39,856 nucleotides of DNA, taken from the NCBI GenBank assembly GCA_040905425.1, contig JBBDRO010000050.1:16921-56776 (forward strand). The letters run 5' to 3'. The notes below the pieces were generated by a model, which was not told where the DNA came from, ran no database searches, and worked only from the letters and a program-made list of their open reading frames with translations. Numbering within the stretch: position 1 is the first letter of the stretch; every line of letters begins with the position of its first letter. Source of the DNA: Gemmatimonadota bacterium. Its GTDB lineage: Bacteria > Gemmatimonadota > Gemmatimonadetes > Longimicrobiales > RSA9. Positions 6,446-16,590 of this stretch are shown here, one piece after another. The position numbers and the translations under genes were made by a program.

Positions 6446-7659
6446 AGGCGCGGGTGCTCCGGGGTGACGCCCGTGGTCCGCTCCACCTCCTGCTCGACCA
6501 CCTCTTCGGAGCGGCCCAGCTCACCCACCGACAGCCCCAGGCGCCAGGCGTACCACAGGCCGAGCAGCGTGACGGGGATGAAGCCGGCCAGGTGGAAGCC
6601 CACGGCGTAGGCCAGCGCGCGCACCTCGGCCTGGCCCCAGAGGCCCACCAGCACCACGTCGGCGGCCAGCTCGAAGACGCCCCAGAAGCCGGGGGCGCTC
6701 GGCACGGAGACCATGAGCGCCACGACCGACTGGAGGAAGAGCGCGGCCACGTAGCCCAGCTCCAGGTCGAAGGCGGCGAAGGCAATCCAGAAGCCCACGG
6801 CGTTGAAGAGCCAGAGCGCCGCGCTCCACGCCAGCGCGCGGGCCATGAGGCGCGGCTCGCGCAGGGCGCCCACGCCGGCCAGGAAGGCCTCCAGCGCGTC
6901 CACCACCAGGCGGGCGATGCGCTTGGGCAGCACGCGCACCGCCGCACGCTCGAGCAGGCGGACGGAGCCGGCCGGCCAGAAGACCATGACCATGAGCAGG
7001 CCCACCGCGGCCAGCACGGTGACGCCCGCGCTGCGCACCACGCCCATGTATTCGAACTGGCCGCCGGGGAAGCCGGGGAAGCCGGGCAGCCACATGGCCA
7101 CGAAGAGAAAGCCCACCACGAAGACGCCGTCCAGCAGTCGCTCCAGCACGAGCGAGCCGAAGGACGCCACGATGGGAACGGGCGTCATGCGCGAGAGGGC
7201 GTAGGCGCGCGCGAACTCCCCCACGCGGGCGGGGAGCAGGTTGTTGCCCATGAAGCCGATGGTCACGGCGGCGAAGCGCGAGCGGAAGGTGGTGCCGGGA
7301 CAGACCGGCTCGAGCAGCGCCTTCCAGCGCCAGGCGCGGATCCAGAAGACGCCGGTGGCGGCCGCGGCGCTGAGCAGGAAGAGGAGCGGGTCGGCGCGGC
7401 CGATGTCGGCGGCCACGTGGCCGAGGTCCACGTCGCGGAAGACCCACCAGAGCGCCAGGCCGCTGACGAGCAGGCCGAGGGCGGCCTTCCAGGCCATGCC
7501 GCCGCGACCGCGGCCGCTGCCGCTGCTGCCACCGGGGCCCGCGGGCGGCGTCCCTGGCGTCCCCGGCAAGGGCGTCCCCGGCAAGGGCGTCCCCGGCGGC
7601 GGAGGCGTCATCGGGGAGGCGGGTTCTGGAGGGTCTACCGGGGGCGGCGCTCCGCTCAC
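6442..7659 (-). CDS. Lysylphosphatidylglycerol synthase TM-domain (UPF0104/flippase-like) membrane protein
   Basis: RAWRW, IGFMGNNLLPARVGEFAR, ERLLD and PSAPGFWGVFE motifs; Pro-rich N-terminus (true start may be the later MAWK). Confidence 0.85.
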   Translation of the reverse strand: MSGAPPPVDPPEPASPMTPPPPGTPLPGTPLPGTPGTPPAGPGGSSGSGRGRGGMAWKAALGLLVSGLALWWVFRDVDLGHVAADIGRADPLLFLLSAAAATGVFWIRAWRWKALLEPVCPGTTFRSRFAAVTIGFMGNNLLPARVGEFARAYALSRMTPVPIVASFGSLVLERLLDGVFVVGFLFVAMWLPGFPGFPGGQFEYMGVVRSAGVTVLAAVGLLMVMVFWPAGSVRLLERAAVRVLPKRIARLVVDALEAFLAGVGALREPRLMARALAWSAALWLFNAVGFWIAFAAFDLELGYVAALFLQSVVALMVSVPSAPGFWGVFELAADVVLVGLWGQAEVRALAYAVGFHLAGFIPVTLLGLWYAWRLGLSVGELGRSEEVVEQEVERTTGVTPEHPRL

Positions 7660-8732
7660 TCCAGTCCGAGGCGGATCAGGTCGAACACCTCCTCGACCTT
7701 CTCGCGCGCGTCGAGGTCATCCCCGGCGGTTTCCTCGAGGTCGGCGCGCAGCTCCAGCGCGGCGCGCAGCGCGGCCTGGCCGCTGTAGCACAGCTCCGTA
7801 ATGTCCACCACCTCATCGGCCTCGATCATCGTGTCCTCCTCGGGGGTGGTCAGCGGGTCACCATGGGGCGGGGGCGGCTCGGTTACGGCCTGCGCCTGCA
7901 CCAGCCCGGCCGAGGACGGCGCCGCGGTGGAGACGGCTTCCCCCTCGCCGTAGCGCTCCAGCAGTTCCGCGCGCATGTGGCGCAGGCGAGCCAGCGAGTT
8001 GTTGCCGGCCGGCTCCTCCCCGCGCTGCAGGGCGTCACGGGCCTCGATCAGCACCACGCGCGCGGCGCGGAAGACGTCGAACCACTCGTGCTTGACCGCC
8101 ACGCCGAGCTTGGCTATGACGCGCGTCAGGTCCTCCACCGCGCGCAGCGCCTCGGCCACGGCGGGGATGTCCTCCAGGCGCGCGGAGCCCAGCAGCGCGC
8201 GCTGGCGCCGCAGGATGGCCGTGAGCGCCTCCTGGTCCTCGGGGTTCTCCTTCAGACGCGCCACGCCCTCGTCCAGCGTGTCCGCAATGCCGGCCACCTC
8301 GCGCGCGGCGAAGGCGCGGAACTCGGCGTCGGGATCGGCGGCCTCCTCGCCGTCCTCGGCGGTGGTGTCATCCGGGGCGCCCACGTCACGCCAGCGCTCG
8401 GCCGCCTCGTCGGCCCGGCGGCGCGCGGCGTCGTCGTCCAGCTGGCCCTCGGCCAGGGTCTCCAGGTCATCCACGGTGGAGCGCACCCGCTCCATCATCT
8501 CGTCCGTCCAGGTGAGGGCGCCCTCCGCCACGCGCCGGGCCGCGCCCTCAAGCGCCAGCGACGCGGTGTAGAAGTCCTCCTCGCGCGCCATCTGCGACAC
8601 GCCGCGGAGTCCGCGCGCCACGCGATGCAGCTCGTGCGCGTCGGCCGTCTCGGCGCCCTCCTCGAGCACCTCGGTGAGGCGTGTCAGGTAGCGCTTGGAT
8701 TCCTCCTCGAAATAATCGCGCAGCGTGGCCAT
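7656..8732 (-). CDS. Tandem Hpt-like domain protein, His replaced by Arg in both domains
   Basis: Starts MATLRDYFEEES just after the pdxJ stop; LHRVARGLRGVSQM and ILRRQRALLGSARL align with the Hpt motif FRAAHTLKGSA. Confidence 0.7.
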   Translation of the reverse strand: MATLRDYFEEESKRYLTRLTEVLEEGAETADAHELHRVARGLRGVSQMAREEDFYTASLALEGAARRVAEGALTWTDEMMERVRSTVDDLETLAEGQLDDDAARRRADEAAERWRDVGAPDDTTAEDGEEAADPDAEFRAFAAREVAGIADTLDEGVARLKENPEDQEALTAILRRQRALLGSARLEDIPAVAEALRAVEDLTRVIAKLGVAVKHEWFDVFRAARVVLIEARDALQRGEEPAGNNSLARLRHMRAELLERYGEGEAVSTAAPSSAGLVQAQAVTEPPPPHGDPLTTPEEDTMIEADEVVDITELCYSGQAALRAALELRADLEETAGDDLDAREKVEEVFDLIRLGLE

Positions 8733-8734
8733 GC

Positions 8735-9502
8735 TCACTTCCCTCCGGCGCGATCCGTACGCGCCACCCGGATGATCTCCCGCATCTCCCGCACCGCGGC
8801 TGCCATGCCCGTGAAGAGCGCGCGGCTGACGATGCTGTGCCCGATGTTCAGTTCCTCGATGTCGCCGATGGCGGCCACGCCGGCCACGTTCTCGTAGGTC
8901 AGCCCGTGCCCGGCGTGCACGGCCAGCCCCTGCGCGCGGGCCAGCGCCGCCACCCGGCGCAGGCGCACCAGCTGCCCGGCCACCTCCTCGTCCACCCAGG
9001 GCGCCGCGGCGCGCTTCCACGCCTCCGCGAACTCCCCCGTGTGCAGCTCCACCGCCGCCACGCCCAGCGCGGCCGAGGCGTGCACGGAACCCTCGTCGGG
9101 ATCGATGAAAAGCGACGTTCGCACCCCAACCCTCTGCAGGCGCTCCACCGCCGCCGCCACACGCCCCCTGCCGGCGGCGTCCGCCAGATCGAGGCCGCCC
9201 TCCGTGGTGATCTCCTCCCGCTTCTCCGGGACGAAGGTGGCCGCCATGGGGCGGAGCTCGAGCGCTACCTCCACCACGTCACCGGCGCTGGCCAGCTCCA
9301 GGTTCACGCCGGTGCGCACCGTCTCCTGCAGGAGGCGCACGTCACGCTCCTGCACGTGACGGCGGTCCTCACGCAGGTGCACGGTGATGCCGTCGGCGCC
9401 GCCCAGCTCCGCCAGCACGGCCGCGCGCACGGGATCCGGCTCGTTCGTGCGCCGCGCCTGCCGGATCGTGGCCACGTGGTCGATATTGATGTGGAGGCGC
9501 AT
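8735..9502 (-). CDS. pdxJ: Pyridoxine 5'-phosphate synthase
   Basis: [41 protein letters not shown] and ELNIGHSI motifs. Confidence 0.97.
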   Translation of the reverse strand: MRLHINIDHVATIRQARRTNEPDPVRAAVLAELGGADGITVHLREDRRHVQERDVRLLQETVRTGVNLELASAGDVVEVALELRPMAATFVPEKREEITTEGGLDLADAAGRGRVAAAVERLQRVGVRTSLFIDPDEGSVHASAALGVAAVELHTGEFAEAWKRAAAPWVDEEVAGQLVRLRRVAALARAQGLAVHAGHGLTYENVAGVAAIGDIEELNIGHSIVSRALFTGMAAAVREMREIIRVARTDRAGGK

Positions 9503-10371
9503 CAGTCCTCGAGAAGACGTGCCAGCTCGTCGGCGCGTTCCGGTGCCAGACCCGCCGCGCGGGCCATGGCCAGGGTTTCGCGCCCCAGCGCGCAATATAG
9601 GGAGCGATCGCCCTCCGACAACCGCGCCAGGTGCATGCGTACGGTGTCCGCGTCCCCGCGCGCGATGGGACCGGTGAGCGCGGCCGGGATGCCCAGATGC
9701 TCCAGGTTGTCCAGCGTGCCGCGCATGAGCGGCAGCAGCGCGGGGAGCGCCTCGTCCTCCGGCACGCCGGCGGCCGCCAGCGTGCGCGCCGCGGCCGCGG
9801 CCAGCGTGACGAGCGCGTTCGAGGCCAGCACGGCGGCGGCGTGGTAGGTCACCCGCAGGGCGGGCGGGATGACCAGCGCCCTGCCCCGCAGCGCGTTGGC
9901 CACGCGCCGCCCGGCGGCCACGGCCGCCGGCTCCCCCGAGACGGCAAAGGCGGCGCCCGTCAGGCGATCCCCCGGGTGCCACGGGTCGGCCACCGCCTGC
10001 AGCGGGTGCAGCGAGCCGATGGCATAGCCCACGTGGTGGAGCGGCCCCAGCGAGTCCACCGACAGCGCCCCCGACAGGTGCAGCGCCGCGCAACCGCCCG
10101 GCGCCGTGCCGGTCCCCGAATACTCGTAGGCCACCTCCCCGATGGCGCGGTCGGGCACGGCCAGCAAAAGGATCGTGGTGCCGTCCGACACGATGTTCGG
10201 GCCGCGCTGGTAGGCGGCGCCCTCGGTGGGGTCCTCGAAGATGGGGTGCGGCGGCGGCTCGATGCCGCGGCCGTGGTAGGTGAGGGACTCCACGGCGCCC
10301 GCGCGGCGGAGCGCGGTGCCCAGCGCCAGTCCCATGCGGCCCGGCCCTACGATGACCACGCGCTCACTCAT
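9502..10371 (-). CDS. Rossmann-like + DUF2520 domain oxidoreductase (PanG-like)
   Basis: [32 protein letters not shown] and LTGPIARGD motifs. Confidence 0.9.
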   Translation of the reverse strand: MSERVVIVGPGRMGLALGTALRRAGAVESLTYHGRGIEPPPHPIFEDPTEGAAYQRGPNIVSDGTTILLLAVPDRAIGEVAYEYSGTGTAPGGCAALHLSGALSVDSLGPLHHVGYAIGSLHPLQAVADPWHPGDRLTGAAFAVSGEPAAVAAGRRVANALRGRALVIPPALRVTYHAAAVLASNALVTLAAAAARTLAAAGVPEDEALPALLPLMRGTLDNLEHLGIPAALTGPIARGDADTVRMHLARLSEGDRSLYCALGRETLAMARAAGLAPERADELARLLED

Positions 10372-11648
10372 CCCTTCTCCACCACCACGCCGGCGCGCTG
10401 GCGGAGGCGGCCGAGCGTGGCCTCCGGCACCCGCGCCACCAGCGAGATCTCCGTGCCTTCCTGCGCCTGTTCCAGCACCTCCCCCTCACGGTAGACGGAG
10501 GCCAGCGCCTCCCCGTCGCGGGCGGGAATGCGCACGCGGACGTGCTCGCGCCGGGAGCGCTGGGCGTTCAGCAAGGCCGTCCGGAGCTCCTCCAGTCCAC
10601 CCGGGCTCTGCGCCGAGATGAAGACGGCCGGCTGCACGAAGGCCGCCCGCGCGCGCTCGCGCAGCAGCTCCTCCTCGGCGTGCGTCAGCCGGTCCGTCTT
10701 GTTGAAGACCAGGAGCGTGGGGTGGTTACGCATGTCCAGGTCACCGAGCACCTGCTCCACCACGTCCTTCTGCTCCTCCCACATGGCATGCGATGCGTCG
10801 ATGACGTGCAGCAGGAGGTCCGCCTCCGCCGTCTCCTCCAGGGTGGCGCGGAAGGAGGCCACCAGGTGGTGGGGCAGCTTGCGGATGAAGCCCACGGTGT
10901 CCGTGAGCAGCACCTCCTGGCCGCCCTCCAGCTCGATCTGGCGCGTGGCCGCGTCGAGCGTGGCGAAGAGCCGATCCTCCACAAAGACGTCCGCGCCCGA
11001 CAGGGCGCGCAGAATGGAGGACTTGCCGGCGTTGGTGTAGCCCACCAGCGCCGCCCGGAACATCTCCGAGCGCCCCTTCCGCTGCGTGGCGCGGCGCTGG
11101 GAGACCACCTTCAGCTTGCCGCGCAGGTCACGGATGCGGCGGCTGATGAGGCGGCGGTCCGTCTCCAGCTGCGTTTCACCCGGGCCGCGGAAGCCGATAC
11201 CGCCGCCGCGCGTAAGGTGCGTCCACATGCGCTTCAGGCGGGGCAGCATGTACTGGAGCTGCGCCAGTTCCACCTGCATCTGCGCCTCGCGCGTGCGAGC
11301 GCGCGTGGCAAAGATGTCCAGGATGAGCTCCGCCCGGTCCATGACCCGGATCTTGAGCGTGTCCTCCAGGTTCTTGCCCTGCGCCGGCGAGAGCTCCTCG
11401 TCGAAGATGGCCAGCTTGGCATCCCGCTCTTCGAGAAGCTGCTTGAGCTCGTGCGCCTTGCCCTCGCCTATGTAGAGGCGCGGGTGGGGCGCGTCCAGGC
11501 GCTGGCCGATGGTACCCACAACCACGGCGCCGGCCGTGTCCGTCAGGCGAGCCAGTTCCTCCAGGTGCTCCGCCGCTTCGGCGGGGGGCACGTCCTTGGT
11601 GGGTGCCGATACCAGTACCGCGCGCTCGACGGGCGCTTCGGTGGGCAT
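10368..11648 (-). CDS. hflX: Ribosome rescue GTPase HflX
   Basis: GPGETQLETDRR, GYTNAGKS, LFATLD, DTVGFI and NKTD motifs. Confidence 0.97.
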   Translation of the reverse strand: MPTEAPVERAVLVSAPTKDVPPAEAAEHLEELARLTDTAGAVVVGTIGQRLDAPHPRLYIGEGKAHELKQLLEERDAKLAIFDEELSPAQGKNLEDTLKIRVMDRAELILDIFATRARTREAQMQVELAQLQYMLPRLKRMWTHLTRGGGIGFRGPGETQLETDRRLISRRIRDLRGKLKVVSQRRATQRKGRSEMFRAALVGYTNAGKSSILRALSGADVFVEDRLFATLDAATRQIELEGGQEVLLTDTVGFIRKLPHHLVASFRATLEETAEADLLLHVIDASHAMWEEQKDVVEQVLGDLDMRNHPTLLVFNKTDRLTHAEEELLRERARAAFVQPAVFISAQSPGGLEELRTALLNAQRSRREHVRVRIPARDGEALASVYREGEVLEQAQEGTEISLVARVPEATLGRLRQRAGVVVEKG

Positions 11649-11732
11649 GGAGTGGTCGATTGCAGGCAGCTCCTGTGGAGGTCTCTGAGGCCCGCCGGAA
11701 GTTAGCGGCAGGCCGGCACCGACCGAAAGACG

Positions 11733-12272
11733 CTAGTGCGTGTCCTGGAGCGTGAACTTCCCCTGGTGCCGGTAAGGAACCGTGCGCCGCACGGGATCGC
11801 GTACCTCCACCTGCCCCGCCACGCGGTAGTTGAACGTGCCGCGGTCCATCATCGAGCGCACGGCGGCGCCCATCTGGCTGTAGCCGAACTCGATGGGGAT
11901 ATCCACGCTCACGCTGTCCCCCGAACGCACCCGCAGACGCTCGTCCCAGCTTCCCTCGGCAAAGCGGGTCCAGCCCCCCTCGGTATCCGGATCACTGATC
12001 TCCAGATTGTAGGTGAGGCCCTCCATCTCCACGTCGAAGCGGTTGGGATTAACCACTGCCAACTCGGCGATGACCGTGGCGCCGCGCAGCCCGAGGCCGC
12101 CCACGCGGACGTCGGTCAGATGCACGCGCGGGCGCTCGAACACGGAGCTGCAGGCGGCCGCGGCCAGGGTGGCCGCGAGCGTGAGCGCCAGGGTGAGGCT
12201 GAGGCGGCTGTCAATTCGGCCGCGCGCCCGGGACCATCCCGGGACGCGGAGCCTGGTGATGCAATGCTGCAT
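11733..12272 (-). CDS. LEA type 2 family lipoprotein
   Basis: AGGAGGAG SD before the ATG at 12272; lipobox-like LAAAAC; NPN motif (VVNPNRFDV). Confidence 0.8.
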   Translation of the reverse strand: MQHCITRLRVPGWSRARGRIDSRLSLTLALTLAATLAAAACSSVFERPRVHLTDVRVGGLGLRGATVIAELAVVNPNRFDVEMEGLTYNLEISDPDTEGGWTRFAEGSWDERLRVRSGDSVSVDIPIEFGYSQMGAAVRSMMDRGTFNYRVAGQVEVRDPVRRTVPYRHQGKFTLQDTH

Positions 12273-12354
12273 GATTCTCCTCCTGCTAACCGTGGTACCG
12301 GAGCAAGAGGTGGTCCGTTCCGCGGGGGGGGCTTGGCGGACCGCGGCGGGGGGC

Positions 12355-13719
12355 TCAGCCCCCGTCCCCCCGCTCCGCCTCCCGCTTGCGCTCCTCCCAG
12401 TAGGCCAGGCGCTCGGCAATGCGCTGCTCGAAGCCCATGGCGCCGGGCTGGTAGAAGCGGGTGCCGCGCAGGGCGTCCGGGAGGTACTCCTGCGGCGTGT
12501 AGGCATCCTCGGCGTCGTGGGCGTAGCGGTAGCCCTCGTGGTAGCCCAGCTCCTTCATGAGCTTGGTGGGCGCATTGCGGATGTGCATGGGGACCGGGGC
12601 GGCGGGTGTGTCCCGGGCGGCCTGGCGCGCGGCGCTGAGGGCGCGGTAGGCGGCGTTGGACTTGGGGGCGGTGGCCAGGTAGATGGTCATCTCAGCCAGT
12701 GGCAGGTAGCCCTCCGGCGGGCCCAGCACGTGATAGGCCTCGCGCGCGGCTACGGCCATCTGGAGCGCCTGCGGGTCGGCCAGGCCGATGTCCTCGGCGG
12801 CCATGGCCAGGGCGCGGCGGAAGAGCACCTTGGGGTCCTGGCCGCCCTCGATCATGCGGGCGGCCCAGTAGAGGGCGCCGTCCGGGTCGCTGCCGCGCAG
12901 CGCCTTGTGGTAGGCGCTGAGCAGGTTGAAGTGCGCCTCGCCGCCCTTGTCGAAGCGGGCAAAGCGGAGCTGCAGGGCGTCGCGGGCGCGCTGCTCGGTG
13001 ACGTGGCCCTTGTCCCCGGCCAGCACGGCGGCGGAGTCCAGGGCGTTCAGGGCGCGGCGCGCGTCGCCATCGGCTTCCTCGGCGATGGTGGCCAGCGCCT
13101 CGTCATCCACCCGCAGGCCGCGGCCGCCCAGGCCGCGCTCCTCGTCCGCCAGCGCGCGCCGGAGGATCACCTCCAGCGCCTCGGCGCCGAGCGGCTCCAG
13201 CACGAACACCCGGGAGCGTGAGAGCAGGGCGCCGATGACCTCGAACGACGGGTTCTCGGTGGTGGCGCCGATGAGGGACACGGTGCCCGCCTCCACGTGG
13301 GGCAGAAAGGCATCCTGCTGGGCCTTGTTGAAGCGGTGGATCTCGTCGCAGAAGAGGATGGTGGCCTTGCCCACGGCCTGCCGGCGCACGCCGGCCTCCT
13401 TGATGATCTCGCGCACCCGGGCCACGCCCTCCGTGACGGCGCTGAAGGGCACGAAGGTGGCCCTGGCGTGGCGGGCAATGATGCGCGCCAGGGTGGTCTT
13501 CCCGGTGCCGGGCGGGCCCCACAGGATGAGCGAGCCGGGCTCCCCCTTCTCCACCAGCTCGCGCAGCGCCTTGCCCGGGCCGAGCAGGTGCTCCTGGCCC
13601 ACGAACTCGTCCAGCGAGCGGGGGCGCATGCGGGCCGCCAGCGGCGCGCCGGCGCCGGGCTGCAGCGGATCGCTGGGCGGCTCGGGGGCGCCCCCGCCGA
13701 AGAGATTCGGCTGCGTCAT
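12355..13719 (-). CDS. rarA: Replication-associated recombination protein A (MgsA/RarA AAA+ ATPase)
   Basis: PLAARMRP, WGPPGTGKTT, DEIHRFNKAQQD, GATTENPSF, EDIGLADP and APKSNA motifs. Confidence 0.95.
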   Translation of the reverse strand: MTQPNLFGGGAPEPPSDPLQPGAGAPLAARMRPRSLDEFVGQEHLLGPGKALRELVEKGEPGSLILWGPPGTGKTTLARIIARHARATFVPFSAVTEGVARVREIIKEAGVRRQAVGKATILFCDEIHRFNKAQQDAFLPHVEAGTVSLIGATTENPSFEVIGALLSRSRVFVLEPLGAEALEVILRRALADEERGLGGRGLRVDDEALATIAEEADGDARRALNALDSAAVLAGDKGHVTEQRARDALQLRFARFDKGGEAHFNLLSAYHKALRGSDPDGALYWAARMIEGGQDPKVLFRRALAMAAEDIGLADPQALQMAVAAREAYHVLGPPEGYLPLAEMTIYLATAPKSNAAYRALSAARQAARDTPAAPVPMHIRNAPTKLMKELGYHEGYRYAHDAEDAYTPQEYLPDALRGTRFYQPGAMGFEQRIAERLAYWEERKREAERGDGG

Positions 13720-13757
13720 GCGTGCGCGCGGAGGACGGTGACGGGCATCGTCGCTTA

Positions 13758-14474
13758 CTAGTGTGCCGGCAGGATCATGCCGAGCAGGAAGAAGGCCAGC
13801 ACGCCCGCGAAGATGCCGCCCTGGACGAGCCAGGAGTGCTCGTGCTGGGACTCCGGGATGAGGTTGGAGGCGGCCACGTAGAGCGTGACGCCGGCGGCCA
13901 GCGGCAGCGCGTAGGTGGCCAGCGGCGCCACGAGCGGCGTCACGAGGGCGCCCAGCACGCTGGCCGCGGCCAGGCCGACCACGCCCCAGAACGCGGCGCG
14001 GCGGGAGTTGCCGCTGGCCATCATGATGCTGGCCAGGGCCACGCCGGAGGGGACCTTGTGGAGCAGGATGGCGCCGAAGATGAGCAGACCCAGGCGCTGC
14101 GATTCGGCAAAGCCGCCGCTGATGGCCACGCCGTCGAAGAAGGAGTGCGGCAGGAGGCCCACGAGCGCGATGACGCCCACGCTCGGCGAGACCATGGCCT
14201 CCGTGTGCGTCTCCTCACCGAAGTGGAAGTGCGGCGTGAGGGCGTGCTGCGTCAGGTGCACCAGCAGGTAGCCCACGAGGACGGCCAGCACCCCGCCGCG
14301 CAGCTCCAGCGCCTCGGGCAGCATCTCCACGATGACCACGGCCAGCATGAAGCCGGCGCCGAAGCCCACGAAGGCCTTGAGCACCGACTGGCGCGTGTGC
14401 GGCTGGGCCACCACCAGCGCGCCGCCGAGCAGGTTGCCGAGCCCGGCCACGGCCGTCCAGAAGACGCCGCTCAC
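13758..14474 (-). CDS. ZIP family metal transporter
   Basis: Multi-TM; GFGAGFML, HFHFGEETH, HSFFDGVAI and LHKVP motifs. Confidence 0.9.
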   Translation of the reverse strand: MSGVFWTAVAGLGNLLGGALVVAQPHTRQSVLKAFVGFGAGFMLAVVIVEMLPEALELRGGVLAVLVGYLLVHLTQHALTPHFHFGEETHTEAMVSPSVGVIALVGLLPHSFFDGVAISGGFAESQRLGLLIFGAILLHKVPSGVALASIMMASGNSRRAAFWGVVGLAAASVLGALVTPLVAPLATYALPLAAGVTLYVAASNLIPESQHEHSWLVQGGIFAGVLAFFLLGMILPAH

Positions 14475-15835
14475 GAGGCGTTCTCCTGGATGGCGTGGAG
14501 GGCACGCTCGCGCAGGCGCTCGGGGTCGTTCAGGGCGGGATCGTCGAGCACTTCCTCGAGCAGCCCGCGCAGCAGCTGGCCCATGTCGGGGCCGGGGCTC
14601 ATGCCCAGGGTGCGCAACTCACGGCCGCTGATGGCCAGCCCGCCCACGTCCAGGGGAGGGTGCTCCAGCAGGACGCGGTGCGCGGCGCGCCAGCGCTCGC
14701 TGAGCTCGCGGTCGCCGCGCGGTGTGGGCTGCGCGCGCCACAGCGCGAAGCGCAGGCGGAAGAGGTCATTCACGCGCTCGGGGCTCATGTCCCTGAGCCA
14801 GCGACGGATGCCGGCGGGCGGCGCGTCGGGCGGGAAGATGTCTGACTGGCGGGCCACCAGCCACGCCACCCGCTCGGCGTCCGCGTTGGAAGCGCGCAGG
14901 CGGCGCATGGCCTCCTCCGTCTTGCGCCCGCCGAGCAGCTCGTGGCCCACGTAGCGCCAGCCGCCGCGCAGGTCGCGGGAGCGGGCGGCGGGCATGCCCA
15001 CGCCGTGGAAGAGGGCGGCCACGCGCACCACCACCCGGGTGACGGGGAGGGTGTCCACGGCGCGGATGGCCGTGGTCCACACGTCCTGCGTGTCCTCCTC
15101 CTGCGGCAGGAAGCCCACGGTGGCGGCCAGCGCCGGGTAGAGCGCGTCCAGCACGCCGGCCCGGGCGTAGAGATCCAGCGCCACGGAGGCGCGGGGCGTC
15201 TTGCCGAGCACCTTCCAGAGCTCCTCGCGCACGCGTTCGGCGCTGAGGGTGGGGAGCTCGGGGGCGGCGGCCACGAGCGCGGCCCATGTGCCTTCCTCCA
15301 CCGTGAGGCCGTAGTGGCCGGCGAAGCGCAGGGCGCGGAGGACGCGCAGCCAGTCCTCGGCAAAGCGCTCGCCGGGCACGCCCACGGTGCGCAGGCGGCC
15401 GGCGCGCAGGTCGGCGGCGCCGCGGTAGGGATCGCGCAGCTCTCCCGTGAGCGGGTCCCAGGCCAGGGCGTTGATGGTGAAGTCCCGCCGCCCCAGGTCC
15501 TCCTCCAGCGTCTCGGCAAAGGCCACCACGGCGTGCCGCCCGAAGGTCTCCACGTCGCGGCGGAAGGTGGTGGTCTCGTACATGGCGCCGTCGGGTGCCA
15601 GGATGCCCACGGTGCCGTGCTCGATGCCCAGCGGTACGGTGCGCCGGAAGAGCGCGCGCATGCGGTCCGGCGTGGCGTCGGTGGCCAGGTCCCAGTCACC
15701 GTGGCGCTGCTCCAGGAGGGCGTCGCGCACCGCGCCGCCCACGGCCCAGGCCTGGTGGCCGGCGTCCGCCAGCTTGCGGGCAATCCACAGGACGCCCTCG
15801 GGAGGGCGGAGATCCAGCCGCCCCGTCAGCCGCAC
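14471..15835 (-). CDS. cca: CCA-adding tRNA nucleotidyltransferase (class II)
   Basis: VGGAVRD, DWDLAT, EDLGRRDFTINA, RFAEDWLRVLRALRF and SAERVREE motifs. Confidence 0.88.
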   Translation of the reverse strand: MRLTGRLDLRPPEGVLWIARKLADAGHQAWAVGGAVRDALLEQRHGDWDLATDATPDRMRALFRRTVPLGIEHGTVGILAPDGAMYETTTFRRDVETFGRHAVVAFAETLEEDLGRRDFTINALAWDPLTGELRDPYRGAADLRAGRLRTVGVPGERFAEDWLRVLRALRFAGHYGLTVEEGTWAALVAAAPELPTLSAERVREELWKVLGKTPRASVALDLYARAGVLDALYPALAATVGFLPQEEDTQDVWTTAIRAVDTLPVTRVVVRVAALFHGVGMPAARSRDLRGGWRYVGHELLGGRKTEEAMRRLRASNADAERVAWLVARQSDIFPPDAPPAGIRRWLRDMSPERVNDLFRLRFALWRAQPTPRGDRELSERWRAAHRVLLEHPPLDVGGLAISGRELRTLGMSPGPDMGQLLRGLLEEVLDDPALNDPERLRERALHAIQENAS

Positions 15836-16590
15836 AGGACGGCGCCGCCGTTCACGTTCAGCACCTCACCCGTGATATGGCGCCCCAGGGGGGAGCAGAG
15901 GAAGACGATGGGGCCCGCCACGTCCTCGGCGCTGGCCACGCGGCCCAGCGGGATGGCCGCCTCGATGCGCGTGCGGCCGCCGTCCGCGTAGGGGAGCGCG
16001 GCCATCTCGGTGTCGATCCAGCCGGGCGCCACGCAGTTCACGGTGATGTCCCGGGGCGCCAGTTCGAGGGCAATGCCCTTCACCATGGAGATGAGGGCGC
16101 CCTTGCTGGCGGCGTAATCGGCGTGACCGGCCTCGCCGCGCTGGCCGGCGGTGGAGCCCACCAGCACGACGCGGCCATGTTCCTCGAGCACGCGCGCGGC
16201 GGCGCGCACACAGTAGAAGACGGCGTCCAGGTTCACGGCCAGCGTCTGGCGCCACTGGCCGTCGGCCATCTCGGCCACGGGCACGTCCTCGGGCGGCCAG
16301 ACGCCGGCGTTGGCCACCAGGATGTCCAGCCCCTGGAAATCGCGCAGCACGTCATCGAAGAGCGCGCCCGCGGCGTCGGGGTCGGAGAGGTCCCCGCCCC
16401 ACAGGTGGGCGCGCACGCCGCGGCGGCGGACATCCTGCGCCACCTGCTCGGCCTCATCCCGGCGGGTGCGGTAGGTGAGCGCCACGTCCGCCCCCGCCTC
16501 CGCGAGCAGCCGGGCGGTGGCGGCGCCCACCCCGCGCGAGGCGCCGGTGACCAGCGCCCGCTTGCCCCGCAGATCCAGTCCAGCACCCAT
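15826..16590 (-). CDS. SDR family oxidoreductase (3-oxoacyl-ACP reductase-like)
   Basis: TGASRGVG, NAG, YAASK, VAPGWIDT and ITGEVLNVNGG motifs; start taken at MGAGLDL. Confidence 0.92.
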   Translation of the reverse strand: MGAGLDLRGKRALVTGASRGVGAATARLLAEAGADVALTYRTRRDEAEQVAQDVRRRGVRAHLWGGDLSDPDAAGALFDDVLRDFQGLDILVANAGVWPPEDVPVAEMADGQWRQTLAVNLDAVFYCVRAAARVLEEHGRVVLVGSTAGQRGEAGHADYAASKGALISMVKGIALELAPRDITVNCVAPGWIDTEMAALPYADGGRTRIEAAIPLGRVASAEDVAGPIVFLCSPLGRHITGEVLNVNGGAVLCG

